DNA of 58,872 bases, filler included, from Candidatus Rokuibacteriota bacterium (GCA_031406795.1; 4 parts of 4 records of this genome joined end to end with filler, not necessarily neighbours in it), one strand, 5' to 3'; shown: positions 16,638 through 27,367, numbered from the whole stretch's first letter. The notes: generated by a model not told the origin, from the letters alone. Numbers and translations are program-made.

Positions 16638-18745
16638 CGGGCGTGCTTTCGGGTTCACCCCGACCGATTCTGCTTGCCGTTGTCGCCGCCGGCGTCTCGT
16701 CGGTCGTGACCCAGTTGCTGCTGATCCGCGAGTTTCTCGCGACCTTTCACGGCAACGAGTTCGTGATCGCCTTCATCCTGTTCACCTGGCTGCTCCTCGG
16801 TGGAACGGGAGCCTGGCTTGCGAAGATCGTCGCCGATCGCCGGCCGGCCGGGGCCGGGGCCCTCGGCGGGCTGTCGCTGGCGCTGGCGGGCCTCACGCCC
16901 GCGCTGTTCTTCGCCGTCCGCGGCCTGCGCGACGTCTTCTTCATCCAGGGCACGTCGGTTGGTTTCTATCCGACGCTGGCCTACATCTTCGGCACGCTCG
17001 CGCCCTACTGTCTGCTGGTCGGCTTTCTTCTGCCCTACAGCCTGTTTGTGCTCCGCGCCGGGCGATCCGGCTACTCGGGCGCGTTCGTCTACATGACCGA
17101 CAACCTCGGCGATGCGGCGGGTGGCGCCTTGTTCGCCTTCGCCCTGGTTCACCTGGTTACGCCGCTGCAGGCGGTTCTGATCGCCAACCTGCCGCTTCTG
17201 GGAATCGGTTGGTACCTGGCGGGCTCCGGCAGCCGCTTCAATCCCGCGACCCTGATCGCCGCCGGCGCCGCGCTGGCGCTCCTCGTGGCCGGTGTCTTCG
17301 GGGAAAGGCAGTCGCTCGCGACCGGCGCGGCGCAGCTCGTCCATTATCAGGAGTCCCGCCACGGCCGGATCACGGTCTTCAAGGACCGGGAGCAGTACAC
17401 TCTGTTCAGCGACGGCGCCCCGGTCTTGAGCACCCAGAACCAGGGCGTTGCCGAAGAGGCGATCCATTTCCCGCTCTCGCAGCTGGACGACGTCGACTCG
17501 CTGCTGCTCATCTCGGCCGTGGGCGGCATGCTCGCCGAGGTCGAGAAGTACCGCCCGGCTCGCGTCGATTACGTGGAGCTGGACCCGGCCATGAGTACGG
17601 TCGAGTTCTCGTACGGACTGTTGCGCACGATCCCCGGCCTCGAGATCATCAACCAGGACGCCCGCCGCTGGCTCCGGATGACCGGCCGGAGCTACGACGC
17701 GATCATCGTCAACCTGCGGGAGCCGGAGACCTTCCAGACAAACCGTTTCTTCACCGACCGCTTCTTCGCCCTGGCGAAGAGCCGCCTGGCACCGGGGGGG
17801 ATTCTCTCCTTCAGCATGGAGGGGTTCGACAGCTACCTCGCCGAACCCCAACGCCGGAAGCTCTCGATCCTCAAGGCCACGGTGGGGCGGCACTTCAGGA
17901 ATGTCCTGCTGTTGCCGGGGCAGAGCACGGTTTTTCTCTGCCGCGACCAGCCGATCGATGCCGATATCCCGGCGCGCCTGCGGGCGAAGGGGATCGTCGC
18001 CGACTACATCAGCGGTTACTACGAGGGCGACGTGACGCCCGAACGCATCGAGCGGCTGAACGGGCTTCTCGTCGCCGGAGTTGCCGCGAACCAGGACGCG
18101 TCGCCCCGCCTGATGCGCGTGATGTTTTCGCAGTGGTTCGCCAAGTTCGACTCGTCGCCGGTCTGGTTCGCGACGGCGCTGTGCGTGCTGACGCTGCTGT
18201 ATGTCAGCCGACTCCGCCGCGCGGAATTTTCCCTCTTCACCACCGGCGCCACGGCGATGGGAGCCGAGGTCCTGGTCATATTCGCCTTTCAGATATTCTT
18301 GGGGTATATCTACCGCGAGATTGGCTTGATCATCACCGTGTTTCTGGCGGGGCTGCTGCCCGGCGCGTGGCTGGGCAACCGCTTGAGCGGCCGGGGGAGG
18401 AGCGTCTTGATGGGCACCGATCTTCTGCTCATGCTGTTGTTGGCCGGATTCCTGCTGGCCTTGAGCCAGGGCGGCGACCGGCTGCCGGTGAGTTTCTACC
18501 TCGTCTTCGGGTTCGCCGTGTCTGTTGCCTGCGGCTGCCAGTTTCCGGCGGCGCTGCAGCTCGGCGGCGCCGGCAACACGGCTGCGGCGCGCGTTTTTTC
18601 GGCCGATCTCGTCGGCGCCGCCTGCGGCACCCTGGTGACCAGCGTCGTGTTGATCCCCTGGCTCGGTCTCTTTCCGGCGATCCTGTGCCTGATCAGCCTG
18701 AAGTCCGTGAGCTTTGTGCTCATGGCGGCGACCCATGACGCGTAG
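16634..18745 (+). CDS. Spermidine-synthase-like membrane protein (membrane domain-SAM-fold-membrane domain)
   Basis: QLLLIREF...GNE, central SAM-binding fold (VDYVELDP, DARRWL, YDAIIVN.EP...NRFFT), C-terminal TM block with ADL.GAA.G; GTGA overlap with the PBP stop. Confidence 0.8.
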   Translation: MTGVLSGSPRPILLAVVAAGVSSVVTQLLLIREFLATFHGNEFVIAFILFTWLLLGGTGAWLAKIVADRRPAGAGALGGLSLALAGLTPALFFAVRGLRDVFFIQGTSVGFYPTLAYIFGTLAPYCLLVGFLLPYSLFVLRAGRSGYSGAFVYMTDNLGDAAGGALFAFALVHLVTPLQAVLIANLPLLGIGWYLAGSGSRFNPATLIAAGAALALLVAGVFGERQSLATGAAQLVHYQESRHGRITVFKDREQYTLFSDGAPVLSTQNQGVAEEAIHFPLSQLDDVDSLLLISAVGGMLAEVEKYRPARVDYVELDPAMSTVEFSYGLLRTIPGLEIINQDARRWLRMTGRSYDAIIVNLREPETFQTNRFFTDRFFALAKSRLAPGGILSFSMEGFDSYLAEPQRRKLSILKATVGRHFRNVLLLPGQSTVFLCRDQPIDADIPARLRAKGIVADYISGYYEGDVTPERIERLNGLLVAGVAANQDASPRLMRVMFSQWFAKFDSSPVWFATALCVLTLLYVSRLRRAEFSLFTTGATAMGAEVLVIFAFQIFLGYIYREIGLIITVFLAGLLPGAWLGNRLSGRGRSVLMGTDLLLMLLLAGFLLALSQGGDRLPVSFYLVFGFAVSVACGCQFPAALQLGGAGNTAAARVFSADLVGAACGTLVTSVVLIPWLGLFPAILCLISLKSVSFVLMAATHDA

Positions 18746-19925
18746 CGGCAGGCGACGCTTTCTGAAGTTTGGCGCCCTCTCGCTGGCCGCGGCCTCGTGC
18801 CCGGCCGCGGCCCGAGCCTTCTGGCCCGGCGGCGGCCAGAAAGCCGAGACCTCCGGGGCGGCGGACATTCGCGGGACGATCTTCAAGAACGACGCCCCGG
18901 AGAGTCTCGGGAAGTGGTCGAAGGAAGGCTTTCTGTTCGAGCGGCTCGCGGACGCGAAGGTGGTCTGCGGCGTCTGCCCGAACCGCTGCGTGCTGGCCCC
19001 CGGGGATCGCAGCGTCTGCCGCTCCAAGGTCAACCGCGGCGGCACGCTGTACACGTTGGCCTACGGCAACCCCTGCGCCGTGAACGTCGACCCGATCGAG
19101 AAGAAGCCGCTCTTCCACTTCAAGCCCCGAACCCGGGCGTTCACGATCGCGGCCACCGGCTGCAGCTTTCGCTGTCTGAACTGCCAGAACTGGGAGATCT
19201 CCCAGGCCAGGCCGCACGAAGTCCGCCACCGCGAGCTGTTCCCCCCCGCCGTGGTGCGTGAGGCGCTCAGGAGCGGCTCGGCCTCGGTCGCTTACAGCTA
19301 TTCGGAGGCCACCACCTACTTCGAGTACATGATCGACACCGCACGCCTCGCCCGGGAGGCCGGGCTGAACAACCTCTGGATCTCCAACGGCTTCATCAAT
19401 CGCGCGCCGCTGCTCGAGCTGTGCAAGGTGCTCGGCGCCGCCAACGTCAACCTCAAGTCGTTCAGCGACGAAATCTACCGCAAGCTCAACGGCGGGCGCC
19501 TGCAGCCGGTGCTCAATACCTTCACGACGTTGCACGAACAGGGCGTCCACTTCGAGATGACCAACCTGGTGGTGCCGGGGTACGTGGACGACCCGGAGAT
19601 GGTCAAGCGGATGTGCGGCTGGATCGTCGCCAACCTCGGACCGGACCACCCGCTGCACTTCCTGCGCTTCTTTCCGCTCTACAAGCTCGATCGGCTGGCG
19701 CCGACGCCGCTATCGACGCTGGAGCAGTTCCGCACGCTCGCGATGGCCGAGGGCATCCGCTACGTCTACATCGGCAACATCCCGAACCACGAGGGCGCGA
19801 ACACCTGGTGTCACAACTGCAAGCAACTGCTGGTCGAGCGCCGCGGCTACGCGATTCCGACCTTCGAGATCAAGGGCGGCAGCTGCGGCTACTGCGGCAC
19901 CAGGATTCCCGGGGTCTGGACGTAG
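18735..19925 (+). CDS. amrS: AmmeMemoRadiSam-system radical SAM enzyme with Tat-like signal
   Basis: C..CP..C, DPIEKKPLFHF.P, CSFRCLNCQNWEISQ, PLHF.RFFP.YKL, YVYIGN...CxxC...CxxCG; N-terminal SGRRRFLK. Confidence 0.9.
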   Translation: MTRSGRRRFLKFGALSLAAASCPAAARAFWPGGGQKAETSGAADIRGTIFKNDAPESLGKWSKEGFLFERLADAKVVCGVCPNRCVLAPGDRSVCRSKVNRGGTLYTLAYGNPCAVNVDPIEKKPLFHFKPRTRAFTIAATGCSFRCLNCQNWEISQARPHEVRHRELFPPAVVREALRSGSASVAYSYSEATTYFEYMIDTARLAREAGLNNLWISNGFINRAPLLELCKVLGAANVNLKSFSDEIYRKLNGGRLQPVLNTFTTLHEQGVHFEMTNLVVPGYVDDPEMVKRMCGWIVANLGPDHPLHFLRFFPLYKLDRLAPTPLSTLEQFRTLAMAEGIRYVYIGNIPNHEGANTWCHNCKQLLVERRGYAIPTFEIKGGSCGYCGTRIPGVWT

Positions 19926-19953
19926 CCTGGCAGGCTGCTCAAAAAGGCCTTTT

Positions 19954-20121
19954 TCAGCTGCCTGCCTTGCCGGAGGCGGGAACCGCCCGCTTGAAGGCCC
20001 AGGACTCGATCTTCTTGATCTGCTCGGCCATGGTCACCGACATCGGGACGGTGCGGCCGATGGCTGCCAGCGTGTCCTGATGGGAGAGCGGGCGGCGCTC
20101 GGAGAGGGCCTCGAAGGCGGC
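19954..20121 (-). CDS. C-terminal fragment of a Ycf46-like AAA ATPase (5' truncated at contig end)
   Basis: Minus-strand translation AAFEALSERRPLSHQDTLAAIGRTVPMSVTMAEQIKKIESWAFKRAVPAS matches the typical Ycf46/AAA tail (PLS.TM.E.I...WA..RA..AS). Confidence 0.65.
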   Translation of the reverse strand, partial: AAFEALSERRPLSHQDTLAAIGRTVPMSVTMAEQIKKIESWAFKRAVPASGKAGS

Positions 20122-20122
20122 G

Positions 20123-20222
20123 NNNNNNNNNNNNNNNNNNNNNNNNNNNNNNNNNNNNNNNNNNNNTTAATTAATTAANNNNNNNNNNNNNNNNNNNNNN
20201 NNNNNNNNNNNNNNNNNNNNNN
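20123..20222. other. Artificial contig-joining linker
   Basis: N-run with TTAATTAATTAA. Confidence 0.97.
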
Positions 20223-20223
20223 C

Positions 20224-22482
20224 GAAGTCTCGAAGGCCTTCGACGGGCTCCAGGCGCTCGACCGTCTCGTCGAGACCAAACAGCTCCCCGACGCCATCCT
20301 GCTCGATCTGATCATGCCGCGACTCGACGGCCAGCGCCTGACGCGCTTTCTCAAGCAGGACGAACTCTACGCCGCGATCCCGATCATCATCCTGACCGGG
20401 ATCGCGAGCGAAGACGAGGGCACTATCCTGGCGTTCGGCGCCGACGCCTACATCGCCAAGGGGCGCATCGAAGACACGATGGCGCACGTCTTCGAGACAT
20501 TCCGCTGGCTCGAGAACCGCGCGACCAGCCGGGAGAAGCGCAACGTCGTGCTCGGCGTCGAAAAACTCTACCCGCGCGAGATGACGCGCGAACTGCTCCA
20601 CATCAAGGGCCACCTGGACACCATGCTCGCGATGATGGAAGAAGGCGTGGTCGAGATCGACCAGGACCAGCGGATTCTCTACGCGAACCCCGCCGCCTGC
20701 CGGCTGATCGGGGGCGCCGACCACAAGCTCTTCGGCAAGGTGTTGTCGGAGTTCTTCGACGCGAAGGCCGACTTCGGACGGCACCTCGGCTGCGTTCCCG
20801 CCGAACCGGCGCCGCCGCCGGCCCCGTTCCAGGTCGAGCACGGGCACCGTGTGCTGAGCATCGCCTTCACGAGGCTGCTCGACCAGAGCAACTACTGCGG
20901 CGCGCTGGTCATCATCAATGACGTCACGGCCCACGTTCGCCGCGAGCGCTCGCTGCTCGAGCTGATGGAGGCGATTGTCCGCCACGCGCCGGTCGGTCTG
21001 TGTCTGCTGGAGGCCGGCGAGGTGATCCTCGCGACCAACCCCGCCTTCGGCAGGATCCTGCGCCAGCCCGAGGGCCGCTCCGCCATCGGTTCGCCGCTGC
21101 GGGACTACCTGGTCGGCACGGGTCTGGCCACGGAGTCGCTGCTGCCACCGCTCGCCGACGCGAGTGACGGCGAGACGCGGAGCGTCGAGTTCACGACCGC
21201 GGTTTTCCCCGAGCGCATCGTGCTCACGACGTCGGCGACCGTCGTCGACACGGCGGAGGGGCGCCGCATCCTGCTGCTGATCGAGGACATCACCGAGAAG
21301 GCCGCAATGGAGCGCGACCTGCGCCGGGTGAACGAGGAACTCGCGAAGGCCAATCGCGCCAAGAGCACGTTCCTCTCGATGGTTTCCCACGAACTGCGCA
21401 CGCCACTCTCGGTGGTGCGCGGCTACCTGTCGCTGATCCTGGAGGGCAAGATCGGCCCGGATCCCGAGCGCATCCTGGATGCGCTGCGGGTCGCCGACAA
21501 GCGGGCGCGCCACCTGCAGCACCTGATCGAGGAACTCCTCGACCTCTCGCGGATCGAGTCCGGGCGTCTCTCGCTCCAGAAGGAGCCGATCGCCGTGGGC
21601 AAGCACGTGCGCGAGGTCGTCGAGATGTTCCGCGGCGACCAGGAGCGCAGAAAGCTGTCGATCGACATCGACATCCCGGAAACGCTGCCCAACGCATTGG
21701 CGGACCACGACAAGATTCACCAGATCTTCACCAATTTCCTGTCGAACGCCGTGAAATTTACCGGTGAAGGGGGACGGATCGTCGTGCGCGGCCGCGTCGC
21801 CGGCGTGATGCTCGAGTTCGAGGTCGCCGATACCGGCATCGGCATCCCCGCCGACAAGATCTCCCAGGTCTTCGACAAATTCTACCAGGTCGACTCCTCC
21901 GACAAGCGGATGTATCCGGGGACCGGCCTCGGGCTGGCGATCGTGAAGATGATCGTCACCGCCCTCGGCGGCACGGTCAGCGTCGAAAGCCGGGTCGGCG
22001 AGGGATCGTCGTTCACCTTCACGCTCCCGCTGGCCGGTGCGGCCGTCCCAACCGCGCCGGCTCCCGAGGCGGTGAAACTGCCGACGACCGCGGGCCCCCT
22101 GGCCGCGGGCATGGCCCGCACCCGCGTGCTCATCATCGACGACGACCTCGACACGCTGGCGATGACCAGGCTGCTGCTGCCCGAGAGCCACTACGAGGTC
22201 GTCGAGGCCTACGACGCTTTCGCCGGGCTGCGCGAGTTCTATTTCCGTTCCCCCGACATCGTCCTGGTCGACGCGCTCCTCCCGCTGATGAGCGGGTTGG
22301 AACTCTGCCGCGTCATCAAGTCCAACCCGGAGTGCGGGTCGCTCCCGGTGGTCATCCTCTCGGCCGCCGCGCAGGAGGAGGAGATCCGCAGCGGCTACCG
22401 GGTCGGCGCCGACGCCTACCTCGTCAAACCGTTCCGGTCGCAGGATCTCCTGGACACGATTACCCGCCTCAAGACTCGCTAA
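20224..22482 (+). CDS. Hybrid sensor histidine kinase (REC-PAS-PAS-HisKA-HATPase-REC), 5' truncated
   Basis: ILLDLIMP.LDG; SHELRTPL H-box; NFLSNAVKFT, DTGIGI, GTGLGL; C-terminal REC. Confidence 0.92.
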   Translation, partial: EVSKAFDGLQALDRLVETKQLPDAILLDLIMPRLDGQRLTRFLKQDELYAAIPIIILTGIASEDEGTILAFGADAYIAKGRIEDTMAHVFETFRWLENRATSREKRNVVLGVEKLYPREMTRELLHIKGHLDTMLAMMEEGVVEIDQDQRILYANPAACRLIGGADHKLFGKVLSEFFDAKADFGRHLGCVPAEPAPPPAPFQVEHGHRVLSIAFTRLLDQSNYCGALVIINDVTAHVRRERSLLELMEAIVRHAPVGLCLLEAGEVILATNPAFGRILRQPEGRSAIGSPLRDYLVGTGLATESLLPPLADASDGETRSVEFTTAVFPERIVLTTSATVVDTAEGRRILLLIEDITEKAAMERDLRRVNEELAKANRAKSTFLSMVSHELRTPLSVVRGYLSLILEGKIGPDPERILDALRVADKRARHLQHLIEELLDLSRIESGRLSLQKEPIAVGKHVREVVEMFRGDQERRKLSIDIDIPETLPNALADHDKIHQIFTNFLSNAVKFTGEGGRIVVRGRVAGVMLEFEVADTGIGIPADKISQVFDKFYQVDSSDKRMYPGTGLGLAIVKMIVTALGGTVSVESRVGEGSSFTFTLPLAGAAVPTAPAPEAVKLPTTAGPLAAGMARTRVLIIDDDLDTLAMTRLLLPESHYEVVEAYDAFAGLREFYFRSPDIVLVDALLPLMSGLELCRVIKSNPECGSLPVVILSAAAQEEEIRSGYRVGADAYLVKPFRSQDLLDTITRLKTR

Positions 22483-22505
22483 ACCGCCGCGCGGGGGTCG
22501 CAGCG

Positions 22506-23870
22506 ATGAGTGAACTCGGACTGGCGAAGGAGCGTCTCGGCGGGGCTCTTCAGGAATATCTGCGGACGGCGCCGGGCGGCCGCGGGTTCGTCCGGCTCGC
22601 CGTGCCGGCGCCCGCGGTGGACCTGCCGCGCTGGCTCGCCGCCAACCCGGGCACACCACGCTTCTACTGGTCCGAACGCGGGGGGGCCTTCGAGTGGGCG
22701 GGCGTCGGCGTCGCCGACGAACTCGTCGCCGACGCGGAGGGGGGGGACGCCGCCGCGCCGCTGGCCCGGTTTGCCGCCCGCCGCGCCGCTGACGCGGAAG
22801 GGCTGCGCTACTTCGGCGGACTCTCCTTCGACGCGCGAAAAACGGCGCAGCGCGAGTGGATCCCCTTCGGTTCGGCGCGATTCACGCTCCCGAAATTCGA
22901 AATCACCCGCGAAGGGGAGACCTGGAGCCTGGCCTGCACCCTGGCCGTCGATCCCGCGGCTGCGCGACGCCAGACGCAGCGGCGTTTCGAAGAGGACCTC
23001 TCCCACCTGCGCACCGGCCAGAAGGCGCCGGTGCCGCTGCCGCAACTGCTGCAGCGGACCGACAGCCCCGACCAGGCGGCCTGGGTCCGGGTCGTCGAGG
23101 ACGTGCTGCACCGGATCGAACACGGGCCGCTGCAGAAGGTGGTGCTCGCGCGCCGCACTGATTTCCGGTTCGCCGAAGCCCCGGACCCGTTCCTGCTGCT
23201 GCAACGGCTGCGCGCGGCGAACCCGGCGGGATTTCATTTCGCGTTCCAGCCGCAGGAGGATTCGACCTTTCTCGGCGTCTCCCCGGAGCGTCTCTACCGC
23301 CGCGAGGGTCGCCGCATCCTCTCCGAGGCGGTCGCCGGCACCCGACGCCGCGGCGACTCCGAGCACGAGGACCAGGCGATGGGCGATGCGCTCCTCGAGT
23401 CGGAGAAGGACCGCCGCGAACACCGCTTCGTCGCCGACGAGGTCGGCCGCAAGCTCGACGGTCTCTGCCGCACATACCACGCCGACCGCGAGGTTTCGCT
23501 GCTGAAGCTCGCCCGCCTCCAGCATCTGCGCCGCGGCTTCGAGGGCACGGTGCGCCCCGGCGTGGACGACGCGGCCATCGTCGCGGCGCTGCACCCGACG
23601 CCGGCCGTCGCCGGCAACCCCACGGCGGCGGCGGTCGCCGAAATCGCCAGGCGCGAGCCGTTTCACCGCGGCTGGTACGCCGGACCGCTCGGCTGGGTCG
23701 GCGCCGGCGGCGCCGATTTCACCGTCGCCATCCGCTCCGGGCTCCTCAGCGGCAACCGGCTGGCGCTCTTCACCGGCGCGGGCATCGTCCGCGGATCGAT
23801 GCCGCACGCGGAGTGGGAAGAGTTGGAAAACAAGCTCGCCGGGTTCGTCCGGGTGATCGGCGCGCCATGA
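22506..23870 (+). CDS. menF: Isochorismate synthase
   Basis: KVVLAR, FLGVSPERL, EAVAGT, KDRREH, LHPTPAV.G.P, RGWYAG..G, VAIRSGL, GAGIV.GS. Confidence 0.92.
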   Translation: MSELGLAKERLGGALQEYLRTAPGGRGFVRLAVPAPAVDLPRWLAANPGTPRFYWSERGGAFEWAGVGVADELVADAEGGDAAAPLARFAARRAADAEGLRYFGGLSFDARKTAQREWIPFGSARFTLPKFEITREGETWSLACTLAVDPAAARRQTQRRFEEDLSHLRTGQKAPVPLPQLLQRTDSPDQAAWVRVVEDVLHRIEHGPLQKVVLARRTDFRFAEAPDPFLLLQRLRAANPAGFHFAFQPQEDSTFLGVSPERLYRREGRRILSEAVAGTRRRGDSEHEDQAMGDALLESEKDRREHRFVADEVGRKLDGLCRTYHADREVSLLKLARLQHLRRGFEGTVRPGVDDAAIVAALHPTPAVAGNPTAAAVAEIARREPFHRGWYAGPLGWVGAGGADFTVAIRSGLLSGNRLALFTGAGIVRGSMPHAEWEELENKLAGFVRVIGAP

Positions 23871-25630
23871 ACCCCGAGGCGACCGCGCGCCTGAACACGC
23901 TTTGGGGCCGCCTCATCGTGGAGGAGCTCGTCCGCTGCGGCGTGGCGTTCGTCAGCATCTCCCCGGGCTCGCGATCGACACCGCTGGCCGCGGCCGTCGC
24001 CGGCAGCGGGCGCCTCGCGAGCGCGATCTGGCTCGACGAGCGCGGTGCCGCCTTTCATGCGCTCGGTCGCGCCCGCGCCTGCGGCCGGCCCGCCGCGCTG
24101 ATCTGCACGTCGGGGACCGCGGTGGCCAACTACCTGCCCGCCGTGGTCGAGGCCTCGCAGGACGGGGTCCCCCTCGTGGTGATCACCGCGGACCGGCCGC
24201 CCGAATTGCTCGACGCCGGCGCGAACCAGGCGATCCGACAGCCGGGGATCTTCGGCGATTACCTGCGCTGGTCGTTCACCCTGCCCGCCCCCGACGCGGA
24301 GATCTCCGGCCGCCTGGTGCTCTCCACCGTCGACCAGGCGCTGCACCGCGCGCTCGGCCCGCCGGCCGGCCCCGTGCACATCAACTGCATGTTCCGCGAA
24401 CCGCTCGAGCCCGTCGCCGCGGAGCCCTGGCCCGACGATCTCCCCCGGCGCTGGCGTGAAGGCACCCGACCGCTCACGACGTACGCGCGCCCCGTGACGA
24501 CTCTGGCGGCGGAGTGCCTCGAGCCGATCGCCGCGGCCATCGCGGCGGCGCGTCGCGGGTTGGTGCTGATCGGCAGCCTCCCCGGCGACAGCGATCGCGC
24601 TGCCGCCGCGGCCCTCGCGGACCGGCTCGGCTGGCCCGTGGCGACCGACATCCGCTCGGGCCTGCGTCTCGGCCCGGGGCCCGCCAACCGCATCCCCTGC
24701 CTCGACCAGCTCCTGCTCAGCACGCGGCTGCGCTCGTCGTTCGCCCCGGATGTCGTCCTGCACCTCGGCGGTCAGCCAGTCTCCAAACGCATCGCCCAGG
24801 CGCTGGCCGCGCTGCCGGATGCCGCCGTGATCGCGGTGCGGGAGCATCCCTTCCGCGACGACCCCGAACACCGCGCCGCGCACCGCGTGCAGGCCGACAT
24901 CGGGCGCTTCTGCGAGCTGCTCGCCCGGGAGGCCGACCCGGGCAGCTCGGCGGCCGCGGGCGCGTGGGGAGCGCGGCTGCGGGAACTCTCGGGGCGCGCG
25001 GATGAGCAGATCGCCGCCTTCGTCCGCGCGGCCCCCTTCGGCGAGATCGCGGCGGCGCGCATCGTCTCGCGGGAAATCCCGGCCGAGCATGGCCTGTTTC
25101 TGGCCAACAGCATGCCGATCCGCGACATGGAATTTTTCGCGGACACGAGCGGCCCCCGCGTCCCGGTCGCAGCCAACCGCGGGGCGAGCGGTATCGACGG
25201 GGTTGTCTCCACCGCCGCCGGGTTCGCCTGCGGCCTCGGCCGGGGCGCGACCCTGATGATCGGGGATCTCTCGCTGCTGCACGACCTGACCGCGCTGATC
25301 CACCTGCGCGCGCTGCCGCAGCCGCTTGTGATCGTGGTGCTCAACAACGGGGGCGGCGGCATCTTCCACTTCCTGCCCATCGCCCGGCGGCCAGAACTGC
25401 TCGACCCGTGGTTCACGGCGCCGCACGACGTCGATCTCGGCGGCCTCCAGGGTCTCGTCGGCGTTCCCTGCCACCGCCCCGGAAGCGCCGCGGAGTTCGC
25501 CGCGGTCTACCGCGAAGCCTGCGCGAGCGGGGCCCCGGCGATCATCGAGGTGCGCACCGACCGTGCCGGGAATCTCGCGGCGCACCGCGCCCTCGGGGAG
25601 GCGATCGTCGCCGCCGTCGAGGCCCCCTAG
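23867..25630 (+). CDS. menD: SEPHCHC synthase
   Basis: SPGSRSTPL, DERGAAF.ALG, CTSGTAVANY.PAVVEA, TADRP.EL...GANQ, NRGASGIDG, GDLS.LHD, NNGGG.IF. Confidence 0.96.
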   Translation: MNPEATARLNTLWGRLIVEELVRCGVAFVSISPGSRSTPLAAAVAGSGRLASAIWLDERGAAFHALGRARACGRPAALICTSGTAVANYLPAVVEASQDGVPLVVITADRPPELLDAGANQAIRQPGIFGDYLRWSFTLPAPDAEISGRLVLSTVDQALHRALGPPAGPVHINCMFREPLEPVAAEPWPDDLPRRWREGTRPLTTYARPVTTLAAECLEPIAAAIAAARRGLVLIGSLPGDSDRAAAAALADRLGWPVATDIRSGLRLGPGPANRIPCLDQLLLSTRLRSSFAPDVVLHLGGQPVSKRIAQALAALPDAAVIAVREHPFRDDPEHRAAHRVQADIGRFCELLAREADPGSSAAAGAWGARLRELSGRADEQIAAFVRAAPFGEIAAARIVSREIPAEHGLFLANSMPIRDMEFFADTSGPRVPVAANRGASGIDGVVSTAAGFACGLGRGATLMIGDLSLLHDLTALIHLRALPQPLVIVVLNNGGGGIFHFLPIARRPELLDPWFTAPHDVDLGGLQGLVGVPCHRPGSAAEFAAVYREACASGAPAIIEVRTDRAGNLAAHRALGEAIVAAVEAP

Positions 25631-25646
25631 CCCCCCCGCGCGAGTC

Positions 25647-26441
25647 GTGAGTCTTCTGAAATTCCTGCAGAGCGGCCCGCCGGATGCGCCCGCGGTCCTG
25701 CTGCTGCACGGCTTCATGGGAAGCCGGCTCGACTGGCAGCCCCTGGCGGCGGTTCTGGCGCGCTCGCACTGCTGCCTCGCGGTCGATCTGCCCGGTCACG
25801 GGGAGACCGGCGATCCGGGGGACGAGAGCCGGTGGAGCCCGGACGGGTGCGTCGCCGCGCTCGCGGGCCTGCTCGCCGCGGCCGGCGGCGGGAGCGTCGT
25901 CGGCTACTCCCTCGGCGGGCGTCTCGCGCTGCAACTCGCGGTCGAGTACCCCGATCTCGTCACGCGGGCGACCATCGTCTCATCGTCGCCGGGGATCGCG
26001 GACGAAGCCGCGCGCCAGACCCGCCGCGCTGAGGACGAGCAGCGCGCCTGCGCGTTGGAGACGCTGGGGCTCGAGCCCTTCCTCGACGCCTGGTACCGGC
26101 AGCCGCTCTTCGCGCAGCTGCGCGAGCACCCGGCGTTCCCGGCGGTGCTCGAGCGCCGCCGGCGCAACGACCCGCGACTGCTCGCCCGCTCGCTGCGAAC
26201 GATGGGCGCCGGGGTGCAGCGGTCCCTGTGGGGCGATCTTGCCGGCGTCCGCACGCCGCTGCTCTTCCTCGCCGGCCAGCGCGACGTCAAGTTTGCGGCA
26301 CTCGCCTTCGACGCCGTCGCGCTTTGCCCGCGGGCCGAGGCCGTGGTGCTGCGCGGCAGGGGCCACGCGCTGGTCGAGGAGGACCCGGAAGCGGTGGCCG
26401 ACGAAACGACGGGCTTTCTCGACTCGCGCCGGGCCGACTGA
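25647..26441 (+). CDS. menH: SHCHC synthase (alpha/beta hydrolase)
   Basis: [33 protein letters not shown]; operon context. Confidence 0.9.
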   Translation: MSLLKFLQSGPPDAPAVLLLHGFMGSRLDWQPLAAVLARSHCCLAVDLPGHGETGDPGDESRWSPDGCVAALAGLLAAAGGGSVVGYSLGGRLALQLAVEYPDLVTRATIVSSSPGIADEAARQTRRAEDEQRACALETLGLEPFLDAWYRQPLFAQLREHPAFPAVLERRRRNDPRLLARSLRTMGAGVQRSLWGDLAGVRTPLLFLAGQRDVKFAALAFDAVALCPRAEAVVLRGRGHALVEEDPEAVADETTGFLDSRRAD

Positions 26442-26538
26442 ACGCCGCCGGCCGCGTTCCCTCTTGTTGGTCGGCGCTCGCCGGCTTACCATGGCGGACA
26501 CGCGAACCGCCGAGTGCGGGCAACGACGGGGAGGAATC

Positions 26539-27360
26539 ATGGCACAGATCGACTGGTGCGAAGCTCGGAGTTTCACCGACATTCTCTACCACAAGGCCGA
26601 GGGAATCGCGAAGATCACGATCAACCGGCCGCGGGTGCGCAACGCCTTCCGGCCGCAGACGGTGGTCGAGATGATGCGGGCGCTCGAGGATGCGCGCGAC
26701 GACGCGACGATCGGCGTCGTGATCCTGACCGGCGCCGGCGACAAGGCCTTCTGCTCCGGCGGCGACATCAGCGTGCGCGGCAACGACGGCTACAAGGACG
26801 ACCAGGGCGTCGAGCGCCTGAACGTGCTGGATTTCCAGCGGCAGATCCGCACCTGTCCGAAGCCGGTGATCGCGATGGTCGCCGGCTACGCGATCGGCGG
26901 CGGGCACGTGCTGCACCTGCTCTGCGACCTGACGATCGCCGCGGACAACGCGCGCTTCGGCCAGACCGGGCCGCGCGTCGGCTCGTTCGACGGCGGCTAC
27001 GGCGCCAGCTACATGGCGCGCATCGTCGGCCAGAAGAAGGCGCGCGAGATCTGGTTTCTCTGCCGCCAGTACGACGCGCAGCAGGCCCTCGCGATGGGGC
27101 TCGTGAACACCGTGGTGCCGCTCGCGCGGCTCGAGCAGGAGACGGTCGCCTGGTGCCGCGAGATTCTCGCGAACTCGCCGCTGGCGATCCGCTGCCTGAA
27201 GGCCGCGCTGAACGCGGACTGCGACGGCCAGGCGGGGCTGCAGGAGCTGGCCGGCAACGCGACGCTGCTCTTCTACATGAGCGAGGAGGGGCAGGAGGGG
27301 CGAAACGCGTACCTCGAAAAACGGAAACCCGATTTCTCGCGCTTCCCGAAGCGACCGTAG
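26539..27360 (+). CDS. menB: 1,4-dihydroxy-2-naphthoyl-CoA synthase
   Basis: [69 protein letters not shown]. Confidence 0.98.
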   Translation: MAQIDWCEARSFTDILYHKAEGIAKITINRPRVRNAFRPQTVVEMMRALEDARDDATIGVVILTGAGDKAFCSGGDISVRGNDGYKDDQGVERLNVLDFQRQIRTCPKPVIAMVAGYAIGGGHVLHLLCDLTIAADNARFGQTGPRVGSFDGGYGASYMARIVGQKKAREIWFLCRQYDAQQALAMGLVNTVVPLARLEQETVAWCREILANSPLAIRCLKAALNADCDGQAGLQELAGNATLLFYMSEEGQEGRNAYLEKRKPDFSRFPKRP

Positions 27361-27367
27361 CGGGGCG

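Noticed and set aside
15886-18738. 950-aa ORF and other very long overlapping ORFs (e.g. 33548-36277, 20167-22659, 43505-45595)
   Set aside because: Arg/Pro/Gly-rich shadow frames of real high-GC genes, with no recognisable motifs
25684-27360. 558-aa extended MenB
   Set aside because: The extension overlaps menH in another frame; the RBS-supported start is 26539
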